Shown here: one piece after another, positions 46,247 to 55,939 of the stretch
How positions within the stretch are numbered: the stretch's first letter is position 1
Layout: the number at the start of each line of letters is the position of its first letter
Source of the DNA: an uncultured virus (IMG/VR IMGVR_UViG_3300042292_001068)
Taxonomy: Duplodnaviria; Heunggongvirae; Uroviricota; Caudoviricetes
Direction: 5' to 3' (one strand)
DNA: 64,000 nt
Virus record (IMG/VR): IMGVR_UViG_3300042292_001068
The notes under the pieces: generated by a model
The model's input: only the letters and a program-made list of their open reading frames with translations
Told to the model about the DNA's origin: nothing
The model's database searches: none
Program-made: the position numbers and the translations under genes

Positions 46247-46900
46247 ATGGCAGAAGTAAAATTAGTATATCCTGCAACGGGATTGACTGCACCTACATCG
46301 TGGGGTTCAAAAGAAAGTATTAAAAAGATGATGGAAAAAATTAATAAGGACTACGGAACTTATATTGATTTTGTTTCAAAAGAATCAAAACTTCCAAAAG
46401 AAATGATTTCATCTTTTATTGCCGTTGAATCGGGTGGAAATGCAAAAGCAGGTGCAAGTGGACATATTACACAAGGTCTTATGCAGTGGAACAGAACCTA
46501 TGCTCAAAGTATGTTGGAACGAGAAAAAAAGCAAGGTAGAATGACAAAAGCAGAAGAAGATAAATTGGCTTCTTTTGGAATTAAATTCGATGCTAACGGA
46601 AAGACAAGAGCAATCACAAATGCAGACCAATTAAAACCCGAATTAAATATCCTTATTGGAACAATGACATTAGGGCAATTAGTTGATACTGATTGGGGAA
46701 CTGAAAATGGTGAAATTAAATTAGACCGAGTAATTGCCGTTTACAACGCAGGTGCGTATGGTGATACAGGAAAGAAAGCAAGGTCAAAAGCATATAAAAC
46801 TCCAAAAGATTTAGCAAATGCAGTTAATACAACTACAAGTGGTTATATTAAAAAGATTTTGGGTACAGATGGTGCTTTACATTTAACTAAAATCGCCTAA
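46247..46900 (+). CDS. SLT-domain lytic transglycosylase
   Basis: IAVESGG, GLMQ, NILIGT, AVYNAG, YIKKI. Confidence 0.85.
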   Translation: MAEVKLVYPATGLTAPTSWGSKESIKKMMEKINKDYGTYIDFVSKESKLPKEMISSFIAVESGGNAKAGASGHITQGLMQWNRTYAQSMLEREKKQGRMTKAEEDKLASFGIKFDANGKTRAITNADQLKPELNILIGTMTLGQLVDTDWGTENGEIKLDRVIAVYNAGAYGDTGKKARSKAYKTPKDLANAVNTTTSGYIKKILGTDGALHLTKIA

Positions 46901-47666
46901 ATTCATTTGTAGTACAATTCATCCATTGACGATGATTTGTTTTAATACATTTGGTAATTGTATATTGTAATTTATTTCGTGTTAATGTTGCTTTTACTTT
47001 TGCAACATCATCCGACAAAACCATAATGCCATCGGTGTAATATCCGATGGTTTTTTCTTGCCCTATTTTTTCAAAACAAAGTGAACCGAATAGATTCCAC
47101 GCTTTGAAACGGATATTCTCATAAATTGTATGATAAATACCTGTATCTTCTTCTATTACATTCATTAAAATACCTTTTTCATAGTATTCAACTGACTTTG
47201 GTGCAATAATGCAGGATAAAGCCATATTTCGATATATTTTTAAATCGGGATTCTCTAAAATCTTTTTGTAATAGTTCTCGCTGATATATCCATTCAAATA
47301 AGCAATTCTCCAATAACAATGTTTTACATCTAAATAATAAAATGATGTACCTGTTTCAAGAGAATCAAATAGCAATCTATTTGTAAATGAACTATCATAT
47401 TTCTTTTCAGTCCTGTCAATATCCAACCCTCTTTGAACTAAATGTTTATTGATTGATTTTTTCACATTAGCAAACAAACTTAATATATTTCGAGTTTCAT
47501 CATTTTTAATGTGGGATATGGTATTTTTTGATTCTGCTTTTGCAATTCTTTTACCATTACTTATAAATATCACTTCATTTCTTTTCTTCTCAATCGTGAA
47601 GGATATTTTTCTTTTGAGCAAGTTCGTTTTGAACTGCTTTAAATTTTCAAAATCTAATTCTAACAT
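46887..47666 (-). CDS. Small protein with family-B DNA polymerase palm-like motifs
   Basis: YYLDVKHCYW (motif A-like), YRNMALS (B-like), GYYTDGIMV (C-like). Confidence 0.4.
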   Translation of the reverse strand: MLELDFENLKQFKTNLLKRKISFTIEKKRNEVIFISNGKRIAKAESKNTISHIKNDETRNILSLFANVKKSINKHLVQRGLDIDRTEKKYDSSFTNRLLFDSLETGTSFYYLDVKHCYWRIAYLNGYISENYYKKILENPDLKIYRNMALSCIIAPKSVEYYEKGILMNVIEEDTGIYHTIYENIRFKAWNLFGSLCFEKIGQEKTIGYYTDGIMVLSDDVAKVKATLTRNKLQYTITKCIKTNHRQWMNCTTNEFRRF

Positions 47667-47667
47667 C

Positions 47668-48768
47668 TTATATATATTTTAACATTTCCAAGAAAGTTTT
47701 ATCATCAATCTTTCCATCTAAATATTTTTCTAACAACTTGTCTTTTCTTTTACTTTTTTCTTGTTCAATTTTTATCCTTTCATCTTCCTGTTCTAATTCC
47801 TTTTCTCGTAATTTTATTTCTTCTTTTGATAAACCTGCTTTCGGTTCTTCTGTCGGTGTAATTTCTTCTGTGGTTTCCTGTTCCTTTGTTTTATTTATTA
47901 TGTCTTGAATTAAAACATCATCAAATCCTCTATCGGGTTCTTTTGGGTCAAAGTCATAATTATTTATATCTCCATTGGGTGTGCAAATTACTATTCTTAC
48001 TTCCCATCTTTTTGTAAATGGATTCCAATATACATCTACATCGTCTAATTCTTCTGATTCGCCTGTAAATCGGAAATTTGGTACAACATCACTCCCACCA
48101 ATCAATCCCTGCGATTGCATTTGATTACAATGATTTATGAACTCTTTAAACCTAACTGCTTTTCCATAAATTATGTAATCCCCTTTTTTACCATCAAACT
48201 TTCTATTTATTAATTGCCCATCCTTATCTACATATCTATCTGAACCAAGTATTCCTAAAAAATTATCGGGGTCTGTAATAAGCATTGGTGCAATAACCCA
48301 AACTCTATCATCAAAACCTGCCCACCAATCTTGCGTTTCTAATTCCCAATAATAATGTGTGTCAAAGTATTCGGGTGGTAAAACAGGTCTTTCATCTTCG
48401 GGATTTTGATTTAGAAACTGATAGTATATTTCAATAATATCCGAATCAAGACAATCTAATGATTTACATTGAGCAAATACCTGTGATACAATGCTTGTGC
48501 CTTTAATCTTATTTCCTTCTTCATCTGTTAGATTGGAAATGAAAGCACGATAGTTCGGGTAGTCATCTTTAAAATTTGCCCATAGGACTGCCCTTACCCT
48601 ATTGTATGTCAAATTTCGAGAAAAACCTTTTTTAGCGACCTTTTTTGATTTCTTTTTTGGAGTATAGTAACTTTTCTTTCTACCTCTCTTTTTAGGTCTG
48701 CCGACTTTTCTCTTTTTTACAACCTTTGTGGGTTTATTAGAATCTATTTTCTTTTTTCTTGCCATCAA
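47668..48768 (-). CDS. Hypothetical protein with basic AT-hook-like N-terminus
   Basis: KKRKVGRPKKRGRKK; C-terminal SHOCT-like YLDGKID..TF. Confidence 0.55.
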   Translation of the reverse strand: MMARKKKIDSNKPTKVVKKRKVGRPKKRGRKKSYYTPKKKSKKVAKKGFSRNLTYNRVRAVLWANFKDDYPNYRAFISNLTDEEGNKIKGTSIVSQVFAQCKSLDCLDSDIIEIYYQFLNQNPEDERPVLPPEYFDTHYYWELETQDWWAGFDDRVWVIAPMLITDPDNFLGILGSDRYVDKDGQLINRKFDGKKGDYIIYGKAVRFKEFINHCNQMQSQGLIGGSDVVPNFRFTGESEELDDVDVYWNPFTKRWEVRIVICTPNGDINNYDFDPKEPDRGFDDVLIQDIINKTKEQETTEEITPTEEPKAGLSKEEIKLREKELEQEDERIKIEQEKSKRKDKLLEKYLDGKIDDKTFLEMLKYI

Positions 48769-48962
48769 TTAAGAAGCACAGAAAATTCATCTCGTTCTAA
48801 TCCTAAATATAATCTCACAAGTTCCTTGACACTTTTAGTACCTGCACCTGTGTTTACCAATTTGTTAATGGTATTCTTGTGTAACCCTGTTTCATCTGCC
48901 AATTTTGATTGGCTAATTTCATTTTCCATTAGGTAAATTTTTAGTGGAATTATCTCTTTCAT
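48765..48962 (-). CDS. XRE-type HTH regulator
   Basis: ISQSKLADETGLHKNTINKL. Confidence 0.75.
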   Translation of the reverse strand: MKEIIPLKIYLMENEISQSKLADETGLHKNTINKLVNTGAGTKSVKELVRLYLGLERDEFSVLLN

Positions 48963-49113
48963 ACAAATATATAATTAAACATTCATTTTACATTCAAAAA
49001 TTAAAATAAATTACCTCAAAAAAATCGTTTCAAACGCTTGATAATGTTGAGATTATTGAATTTTAATAAGTGATTATTTTCTTAAATAAAATCGTCTTAT
49101 TTTATTAAATAAA

Positions 49114-49704
49114 TTACTTCGTTTTTGGCACTAATTCTTTACGCAATCCATCTAATGCAAAGTTGATTATTTGCCCTTCTCTCGTTGTAAAGGTATAGGT
49201 ATGTTCCAATACATATCTATTCAATTCTTGTAATCCAATGCCACTTAAAAACACATTTGAATTTGCACCCGAAAAAGCAATATGTCTATCTCTATTGCCA
49301 ACAACAATTCCCTGCAAGTCCGTTAATTTGTAATCAGTAAATGGGCATATATTATTTTCTTCTCTGAAAAGAACAACCTGTTGAGTTCGGTTTAAAGGAA
49401 AGAAATTGGTTATAATATGAATTATGAATTTTCTTTTTTTTTCATCCTTAAATAATGTATCAATCTTTTTATAAACATCGGGAGATTCAATATACTCTTT
49501 AAGTTGAGAAACATTATTTTCAAGAAGCCAACGCCTGTTTTTCTTTGCTATCATTTTACGATGACCATTTGTGGTTCTCACCCATTCTTCTTGGTATTCA
49601 GTTTTTTCTTCTATGAATTTCTTTTCATCTAATTCATCTTTGGAAAAAAGATTGCTTAATTCACTTAAATCATTAAAACTTTTGGTTTTCTTTTCGTTGC
49701 TCAT
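49114..49704 (-). CDS. Hypothetical protein
   Basis: ORF. Confidence 0.55.
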   Translation of the reverse strand: MSNEKKTKSFNDLSELSNLFSKDELDEKKFIEEKTEYQEEWVRTTNGHRKMIAKKNRRWLLENNVSQLKEYIESPDVYKKIDTLFKDEKKRKFIIHIITNFFPLNRTQQVVLFREENNICPFTDYKLTDLQGIVVGNRDRHIAFSGANSNVFLSGIGLQELNRYVLEHTYTFTTREGQIINFALDGLRKELVPKTK

Positions 49705-49904
49705 TTTTTAGGTTTTACAGATACATTAATTTTTTTCACACAAAACGCTTTAATTAAATCTTCATTTTTAGAAATGATAATATTGTCATCAAATTCATAA
49801 ACGATATAATGAAGTTTATTTTTATAATAAATAGGTAGTCCTTTATTAATATTGTTTGAGTTCGTTTTGTCGTTTTGAACATCATTTATAATTTTCCTTG
49901 CCAT
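49701..49904 (-). CDS. Hypothetical protein
   Basis: Overlapping ORF in operon. Confidence 0.45.
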   Translation of the reverse strand: MARKIINDVQNDKTNSNNINKGLPIYYKNKLHYIVYEFDDNIIISKNEDLIKAFCVKKINVSVKPKK

Positions 49905-50262
49905 TTTGTCGCTTTTTATTTTGTTGATTTAATTTTAACAATTCTGCCCTTGTAATTGCTTTTAGGTTGCTAATATCGTCATTGTATTTATCGCTATCAA
50001 GATGAATAATTACCATTCCTTCGGGTAAATTTCCGTGATATTGTTCCCAAACTGCTTTTGGTCTGCGTTTACGCTTATTAGCACCATCCCAAAGGTACGC
50101 ACAATCCTTTTTCATAATTTGTACCCCACCTTTCCAAGATGGATGTATTTCGCCAACTAATTCACCGACTTTAAATTCTGTTTCGGGTGAATATCTTAAA
50201 CCTTTAATTCCTTTGTTCCAAGTATTATTGCCCTTTACAAATTGACCTTTATTATTTCTCAT
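49882..50262 (-). CDS. HNH (HNH_3-type) endonuclease with NUMOD-like N-terminus
   Basis: GQFVKG...WNKG; VWEQYHG..P.GMVIIHLD.DK.ND.ISNL. Confidence 0.75.
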   Translation of the reverse strand: MRNNKGQFVKGNNTWNKGIKGLRYSPETEFKVGELVGEIHPSWKGGVQIMKKDCAYLWDGANKRKRRPKAVWEQYHGNLPEGMVIIHLDSDKYNDDISNLKAITRAELLKLNQQNKKRQNGKENYK

Positions 50263-50747
50263 ATCCATTCGGGTTTTTCTCGTTTACTCCATTGGTGTAA
50301 TTCGGTTTTACCGAACTTGTAATAATTTCGATAAGATTCTACTGAACAATCTACCTTATATTCTTCGGGCATCGCTTTTGCAAATGGTGTCATTATATCA
50401 ATTTCTAATTCGGGTAAATTATCTAACGCCCATTGAAATATAAGCATACATCTTTCGTGCTTTTGAGAATTGTATCTGAAACGATATTCTTCAATCATTT
50501 TTATTCCCAATTCGCAAGTCCAATAAAAATTAGACAAGTTTTCTTTAAGCCACAAACTACAAGGGTGTTTATCGTGTGTAGGGGAGTATTCCATTAAAAG
50601 TTGGGGGATTGGGGCATCCCATAATTCTTTGTGATGATAAACAAAAGAAACCATTTGAGCAGTTTCCAACGGCATCTTAACTATGTGTTTATCAGTATGA
50701 TAGGTAGCACAAATCGTGGTATCTCTATCGGTTGCAAATATATTCAT
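50259..50747 (-). CDS. Pyrimidine-dimer DNA glycosylase (DenV)-like family protein
   Basis: MNIF..D...A..H.DKH.VKM.LE.AQM; HPC..W; AMP..YK; YR.YY. Confidence 0.7.
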   Translation of the reverse strand: MNIFATDRDTTICATYHTDKHIVKMPLETAQMVSFVYHHKELWDAPIPQLLMEYSPTHDKHPCSLWLKENLSNFYWTCELGIKMIEEYRFRYNSQKHERCMLIFQWALDNLPELEIDIMTPFAKAMPEEYKVDCSVESYRNYYKFGKTELHQWSKREKPEWI

Positions 50748-50774
50748 CTATCTTCCTGTATATGTAATTAATCA

Positions 50775-50782
50775 CAAATATA
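50775..50782 (-). promoter_or_regulatory. Bacteroidota-type -7 box
   Basis: TATATTTG 28 nt upstream of 50747. Confidence 0.55.
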
Positions 50783-50889
50783 GGAAAAGATATAGAAACG
50801 AACCATAGTAAGCCAAATAATTTTATTAACATTGATAAGTTGAATAAAATAACTATCGAAAGAATATACCAAATTATTTTTGCCATAAA

Positions 50890-51567
50890 TTAAATCGAAA
50901 TCTTTCCTACTGAACCTTTATTAAAATAATTTTCTTCTATTTCGGGTAATAAATAATGCTTTCTCAAAGTAGCAGGTGAATGACCTATTTTTGAAGCCAC
51001 TTTTTTAAGGGATAAATTGAATATTTTGGTTCTTTCCTTTTGTTCTTTAATGTTTCCGTATTTTTTTAATTCACAAATCATCAAATGATTAGCATTAAAA
51101 CCACGAATATCTTTTGATTTAGCACCGAAGTTACTTAAATACCTGTTTACCCTGTCGGGTTTAATTCGGAAGCCATCAGAAGTGATAAATAGAAAGTTGT
51201 TATTTCTTTTCTTTAATGTTTTTAAAATTGCAAAAGAAGTTGCATCAGAAAAAGATTTAGAATGTGATACGCCACTTTTACCTACATAGATAAGATGTAT
51301 TTTACCATTCCTTAAAAATATATGAGTATTTTTTAATTGGCTAATACCAAATCTACCATTAGATGCTGAACCTTCATTTCCAACTCTTTCAGAAGTGTTC
51401 ATCATTATTCTAACAATTAAAGCAGTAAGTTTTTCTTTTTCATCCCTACCTTTCAAATCTTTTCGGACTTGTAATTTTAATCGTTTGATATTATCACGCA
51501 GGTTATAAATACTATCACGCTTATAATCCCATCGTTGTTTTAATTGTCTTTTACTTATTTGTTCCAT
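50890..51567 (-). CDS. DNA topoisomerase IB catalytic core
   Basis: RVGN, GISQL, YVGKSGV, KDIR, GHSPATLRKHY. Confidence 0.8.
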   Translation of the reverse strand: MEQISKRQLKQRWDYKRDSIYNLRDNIKRLKLQVRKDLKGRDEKEKLTALIVRIMMNTSERVGNEGSASNGRFGISQLKNTHIFLRNGKIHLIYVGKSGVSHSKSFSDATSFAILKTLKKRNNNFLFITSDGFRIKPDRVNRYLSNFGAKSKDIRGFNANHLMICELKKYGNIKEQKERTKIFNLSLKKVASKIGHSPATLRKHYLLPEIEENYFNKGSVGKISI

Positions 51568-51576
51568 AAAGTAAAT

Positions 51577-52548
51577 TTAAGATAGTTTTTTGTAATGATA
51601 ATCAACCATCTCACGAATCATTTTTTCAAAATCATATTCAAATGAAACATTTATTTTATTAAACAATTTATCGCTACAACCACGCAAGTAATTTAATTCT
51701 TCATCACGCTTGTATTTATCAGCAATAACCACGAATTTATTATAATCTAAATCCAAATGAGAAAAAGCCAATTCACATAAATACTCAACTGAATAAGTTT
51801 TTCCTGTGCAACAAATAAAATCATCGGGTTCTACTTCATTTAGCATCTGCCACATAACCTTAACATAATCCTTGCTATGCCCCCAATCTCTAAATGTAGA
51901 AATAGTTCCTAACTCTAATTTATCACGCAGACCTAATTTGATTTCTGCAACGGCTTTCGCAACCTTTCCTGTAACAAAATTAGTTCCCCTTCGTGGTGAT
52001 TCGTGATTAAATAAAATACCACAACTAATTGGCAGGTTATATGCCCTTCTTAAATGTTGTGCGTAGGTATGTGCTGATAGTTTAGATATACCATAAGGTG
52101 AAACAGGCATCAATGGTGTAGTTTCTCTTTGGAAACCATCTTCATCAACGCAGTTACCAAACATTTCTGAACTACTTGCTTGATAAATGCGTGGATTATT
52201 TTTTTGAGTTAAATTAATTGCTTCAATCAATTTAATAAAACCCAAGTAATTAGCATCTTGCGTGTAAAGTGGTTCTTTAAATGATATACCAACATTTGAC
52301 ATCGCACCAAGATTATATATTTCATCAAATTGATATTGACTTAATACTTTCAGTAAAGAAGATAAGTCCGTTAAATCCCCATAATGTAAATCAATACTAT
52401 CTCTAATATGCTCAATCCTTTCAGTTTGATTTTCTGCAACTGAATGTCGCCTAATGATTCCTACAACTTTATATCCTTTTTGTAAAAGAAATTCAGCAAG
52501 GTAAGAGCCATCCTGCCCCGAAATACCTGTAATCAATGCACACTTCAT
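51577..52548 (-). CDS. gmd: GDP-mannose 4,6-dehydratase
   Basis: ITGISGQDGSYLAE, YQASSSEMFG, SPYGISK, GILFNHESPRRG, RDWGH. Confidence 0.95.
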   Translation of the reverse strand: MKCALITGISGQDGSYLAEFLLQKGYKVVGIIRRHSVAENQTERIEHIRDSIDLHYGDLTDLSSLLKVLSQYQFDEIYNLGAMSNVGISFKEPLYTQDANYLGFIKLIEAINLTQKNNPRIYQASSSEMFGNCVDEDGFQRETTPLMPVSPYGISKLSAHTYAQHLRRAYNLPISCGILFNHESPRRGTNFVTGKVAKAVAEIKLGLRDKLELGTISTFRDWGHSKDYVKVMWQMLNEVEPDDFICCTGKTYSVEYLCELAFSHLDLDYNKFVVIADKYKRDEELNYLRGCSDKLFNKINVSFEYDFEKMIREMVDYHYKKLS

Positions 52549-53477
52549 AATTTTAATTCGTTAGGGTTGTTTTCAAATGTATTAGTAAAATAATTTATCG
52601 TTTGTTCTAATCCGATTCTCAATGGTGTTAATTCAAAATTATATTTTTCACAGAAATTTCTGAATTTCATATTATTTGTATTCTTTTGTTTCTGTCCGTT
52701 TGGTTTTGATTTGTCGTAATTATATTCGTGCATCTCTTTAAGAACAATGCTTTCAAGAATTTGAACAATGTTATTAATTGAATAGTGTTCATTTGGCGAC
52801 AAAATCATTTCATCGAACTTGAAATTATTTAATAAAATAATCTCAACAATCTTTGGAATATCACTTGCGAATATAAATTCACGGATAGGTGTACCATCAC
52901 CCCATATTTCAATTTGGTAATTTTTATCTTTCGATGCTTGATAAAACTTACGAATTAACGCAGGAATTAAATGTGATTTTTCAAGGTTATAATTATCATT
53001 CAATCCGTAAAGATTACAAGGAATTAAATTCTGATAATTAAATCCTCTCTCTCTCGCAATTTGAGATAATACCTGTGTCATTCTTTTCGCATAAGCATAG
53101 GGATAATTTGATTCGTGTGGTTCTCCGAAATGTAAATCATTTTCGGTTAGAACTTTTGTTTGAGCCAATTCATCGGGGAAAATACAGGTAGATAAAAAAG
53201 AAATCAAATTAGGAACTTCTGCTTTCATACACGCTTCAATAACATTCATATTGATTAGCATATTGTTTTTGAAGAAATCAAATTTGTAATCCATATTGGC
53301 TTTAACTCCACCAACTTGACCTGCACAATTTATTACTGCATCGGGTTTGTAATACTTAATGACTTCAAGCAATCTATCATAATTAAGCAAGTCCACCTCT
53401 TTTCTACCTAACTTTATTCCGTAGTTAAAACTACTGCCAACTAATCCGTTAGCACCAAGTATTAAAACATTATTCAT
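52545..53477 (-). CDS. fcl: GDP-L-fucose synthase
   Basis: GANGLVG, AG.VGG..AN, STCIFP, YAYAKR, P.NLYG.NDNY, SH.IPAL, WGDG.P.REF. Confidence 0.9.
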   Translation of the reverse strand: MNNVLILGANGLVGSSFNYGIKLGRKEVDLLNYDRLLEVIKYYKPDAVINCAGQVGGVKANMDYKFDFFKNNMLINMNVIEACMKAEVPNLISFLSTCIFPDELAQTKVLTENDLHFGEPHESNYPYAYAKRMTQVLSQIARERGFNYQNLIPCNLYGLNDNYNLEKSHLIPALIRKFYQASKDKNYQIEIWGDGTPIREFIFASDIPKIVEIILLNNFKFDEMILSPNEHYSINNIVQILESIVLKEMHEYNYDKSKPNGQKQKNTNNMKFRNFCEKYNFELTPLRIGLEQTINYFTNTFENNPNELKL

Positions 53478-53656
53478 CTTCTTTTATTTGTCGAATCTAA
53501 AAAAGTATTTATTCTTTTTACAAGTAAATCTATGCTTTCAAATAACTTCACAAAACCCTTTTTAACAAAGATTATTAATGCCATAAACATAAAAATAGAA
53601 CTGCAAATAAGAACACCGATTAGTATTCCTATAATGTTTGTACTAATGTTATCCAT
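53474..53656 (-). CDS. Small TM protein
   Basis: Start revised to MDNIST; ATGA overlap with fcl. Confidence 0.45.
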   Translation of the reverse strand: MDNISTNIIGILIGVLICSSIFMFMALIIFVKKGFVKLFESIDLLVKRINTFLDSTNKRR

Positions 53657-53818
53657 ATTTTGCTCGTTATTAAATATTAGCGTTGATACAATTATTAAAA
53701 AGAATAACAAAAATAAGATTTTAAATCATATAAAATATCATTTCAATTAAAATTTGCTATATGTGGGAAAAAAATAATAATTTAGTGCTTTATTGTGTAA
53801 AAAATTAATTTGGAAAAT

Positions 53819-54235
53819 ATGAAAAACAATACAACAACAATGGTTTTGGCAAGTGTAGGTGCTTTGGGTGGTTTATATTACGCTTTTAAGAAAGGAAAAG
53901 GATTTTGGGGTTATGCAGGATTCTTCGTTTTAGGTAGCATCGCAGGACATTTAGCAGGTAATGTTGTTACTGCCGTAATTCCTCAACCTAAAACAGATGG
54001 TTCAAAAGCAACTAATCCAACGGCATCTACTGAAACAAAAGAAGAAGTTTCAAACGCATCGGGGCAACAAATTGGAACTACTTCTTGTAATACTCAAAAC
54101 AATAGTGTTTGTACCCAAGCGTGTACCAATTTAGGTGGAACATTCAATTCAACCGATAGAAATTGCTACAAGAATGGTATTGCTATTTCGGGTGGAGTAT
54201 TCGGTGGTGGTGTATCAATGAAAGTAGTTCGTTAA
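53819..54235 (+). CDS. Two-TM protein with Cys-rich C-terminal domain
   Basis: Two Gly-rich TMs; SNASG; C...C...C..LGG...C. Confidence 0.65.
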   Translation: MKNNTTTMVLASVGALGGLYYAFKKGKGFWGYAGFFVLGSIAGHLAGNVVTAVIPQPKTDGSKATNPTASTETKEEVSNASGQQIGTTSCNTQNNSVCTQACTNLGGTFNSTDRNCYKNGIAISGGVFGGGVSMKVVR

Positions 54236-54250
54236 TCATTATCTAAATCA

Positions 54251-54694
54251 ATGAATTTAACCGAACAAGAAAAATATACCTTAATTGGTTCTGCGAGTGG
54301 CTTTGTATTGTCAAGGGTATTTGGTGCAGGTTTGTTTGGTAGTTTAGTCCTTGTTGGTATTGGTGGTTATGCAGGATATAATTCGGATAAAATAAAAAGT
54401 TTTGTAGCATCTAAATCTAAAAACTCATTATCACATTTAGCAGGTGGAGAAAAAGCATCGGAAGATGATGCTCAAAAAATGATTTCACTTGTTAATGAAA
54501 AGAATAATTTGAATTATTCTGATGTTCAACGAAAAAGATTTACAGAACAATATACAATTAGCGTTTCAAAAAAAGAGAATGATTATTTAATTAAACTACT
54601 GAATAAAGAACAATCTACTTTTACAAGTGATGAAAAAAAGTTGTTTTCTAAATTAGTAGATATACTCAAAGATATTGTAATTCAAAAAGAATAA
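54251..54694 (+). CDS. Membrane protein
   Basis: N-terminal Gly-rich hydrophobic hairpin. Confidence 0.6.
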   Translation: MNLTEQEKYTLIGSASGFVLSRVFGAGLFGSLVLVGIGGYAGYNSDKIKSFVASKSKNSLSHLAGGEKASEDDAQKMISLVNEKNNLNYSDVQRKRFTEQYTISVSKKENDYLIKLLNKEQSTFTSDEKKLFSKLVDILKDIVIQKE

Positions 54695-54696
54695 TT

Positions 54697-54894
54697 ATGG
54701 CATTTGATAAAGGTGATGCGTTTAAAGGTTTTATTATAGGAGTTATATCTTCTGTTACTGCCGTTATTTTATGGGATTACTATAAAAAGAAACAAGGAAC
54801 ACTTGAATATGGTGAACAAAAAGTTATTGACGAAGTTAAATCAGCAATAGAAGGTTTGAAGCAGGATATTGAATTTAAAAAATCAAATTCCTAA
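54697..54894 (+). CDS. Small single-TM protein
   Basis: GFIIGVISSVTAVILWDYYKKK. Confidence 0.6.
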   Translation: MAFDKGDAFKGFIIGVISSVTAVILWDYYKKKQGTLEYGEQKVIDEVKSAIEGLKQDIEFKKSNS

Positions 54895-55335
54895 ATCGTC
54901 TATTTCGCAACTGAAATCACATTCGGGATAACCACAACACCCTAAAAATCTGTGTCCATATTTATTTGCTCTTTGAACGAGCCAAAAATCACACGAAGGG
55001 CAAATGTATTTTGGTACTTTATTTTCTGCATCATAAACGCTAAAAGATAATTCTTCTTGCCAATTTTCATCAAAATCAATTTCCTCTATTTCACCAATAA
55101 TTATATCGGTTTCCATATCGTAAAGCAAGAAATTAAAATGGCTATTTTCGTTTAATATATATTCCTTATTATAGTTATTAAGCAATAAGGGTGAAATTAC
55201 AACCATTTGTATAGTTGGGTATGCGTATAAGTTTTTTGAGTATGAAATATTACTTAAATTTGAATTATTAATAGGCGAAATCTTTTTACAGAAATCGCCC
55301 ATCAATTCTTTTAAATATTTTTCAATTTCATTCAT
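54883..55335 (-). CDS. Protein with C-terminal topoisomerase-type C4 zinc finger
   Basis: CPSC...LV.R..KYG.RFLGC.GYPEC. Confidence 0.7.
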   Translation of the reverse strand: MNEIEKYLKELMGDFCKKISPINNSNLSNISYSKNLYAYPTIQMVVISPLLLNNYNKEYILNENSHFNFLLYDMETDIIIGEIEEIDFDENWQEELSFSVYDAENKVPKYICPSCDFWLVQRANKYGHRFLGCCGYPECDFSCEIDDLGI

Positions 55336-55757
55336 TACTGAATGACATAAATGATTTTTGTTTCAATTACTTTCTTCAATGAAAAATCAACTGAACTTTC
55401 TAATACTTTTGAAACGATTTCACTCACTTTGTCTATGTGCGAAGTTTCAACACACATATTCAATGTAATTTTCTTTTGGTTTTCACCATCATCATCTAAT
55501 GAAGAATAAGAAACAACGGCATTGAAGAAATACCCACCATCTTCATCGTTTGTCAATACATAAGAGTATTTCTCACGCTTAATACTTGTGATGTAAAATT
55601 CTTCTTTTGTACGCATCTGCATTTCTTCCGTAATCTTCGCTTCTACATCTGTGTAAGAAACAGCATTTACTAAAAATACTTCATTCATTTTTTTGTACCC
55701 TTCGCCACCTTCGACTAATTTTAGATACTTTACGCTAACTGAAAATACACTATTCAT
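55335..55757 (-). CDS. DUF4494-like protein (Bacteroidota family)
   Basis: KK..E.FLV.AVSYT.VEA.I.EEM; V.ETKI..V. Confidence 0.7.
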   Translation of the reverse strand: MNSVFSVSVKYLKLVEGGEGYKKMNEVFLVNAVSYTDVEAKITEEMQMRTKEEFYITSIKREKYSYVLTNDEDGGYFFNAVVSYSSLDDDGENQKKITLNMCVETSHIDKVSEIVSKVLESSVDFSLKKVIETKIIYVIQ

Positions 55758-55779
55758 TTTATTTTGTTTTTATTGGTTA

Positions 55780-55938
55780 CTATTTATTATCACTTACTTT
55801 TTTTTCTGCCAATTTTATTATTTCGTTAATTACAAAAATTTGGCTTTCTGTTAAATTCGGAACAGAAACGCTTTTTTTATTCTTTTCCTCAATCTGTTTT
55901 AATTCTTCGATAAATTCTTCTAAAATAGCCGTGTCCAT
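55780..55938 (-). CDS. Small hypothetical protein (52 aa, not in ORF track)
   Basis: MDTAILEEFIEELKQIEEK... fills the operon gap. Confidence 0.45.
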   Translation of the reverse strand: MDTAILEEFIEELKQIEEKNKKSVSVPNLTESQIFVINEIIKLAEKKVSDNK

Positions 55939-55939
55939 A

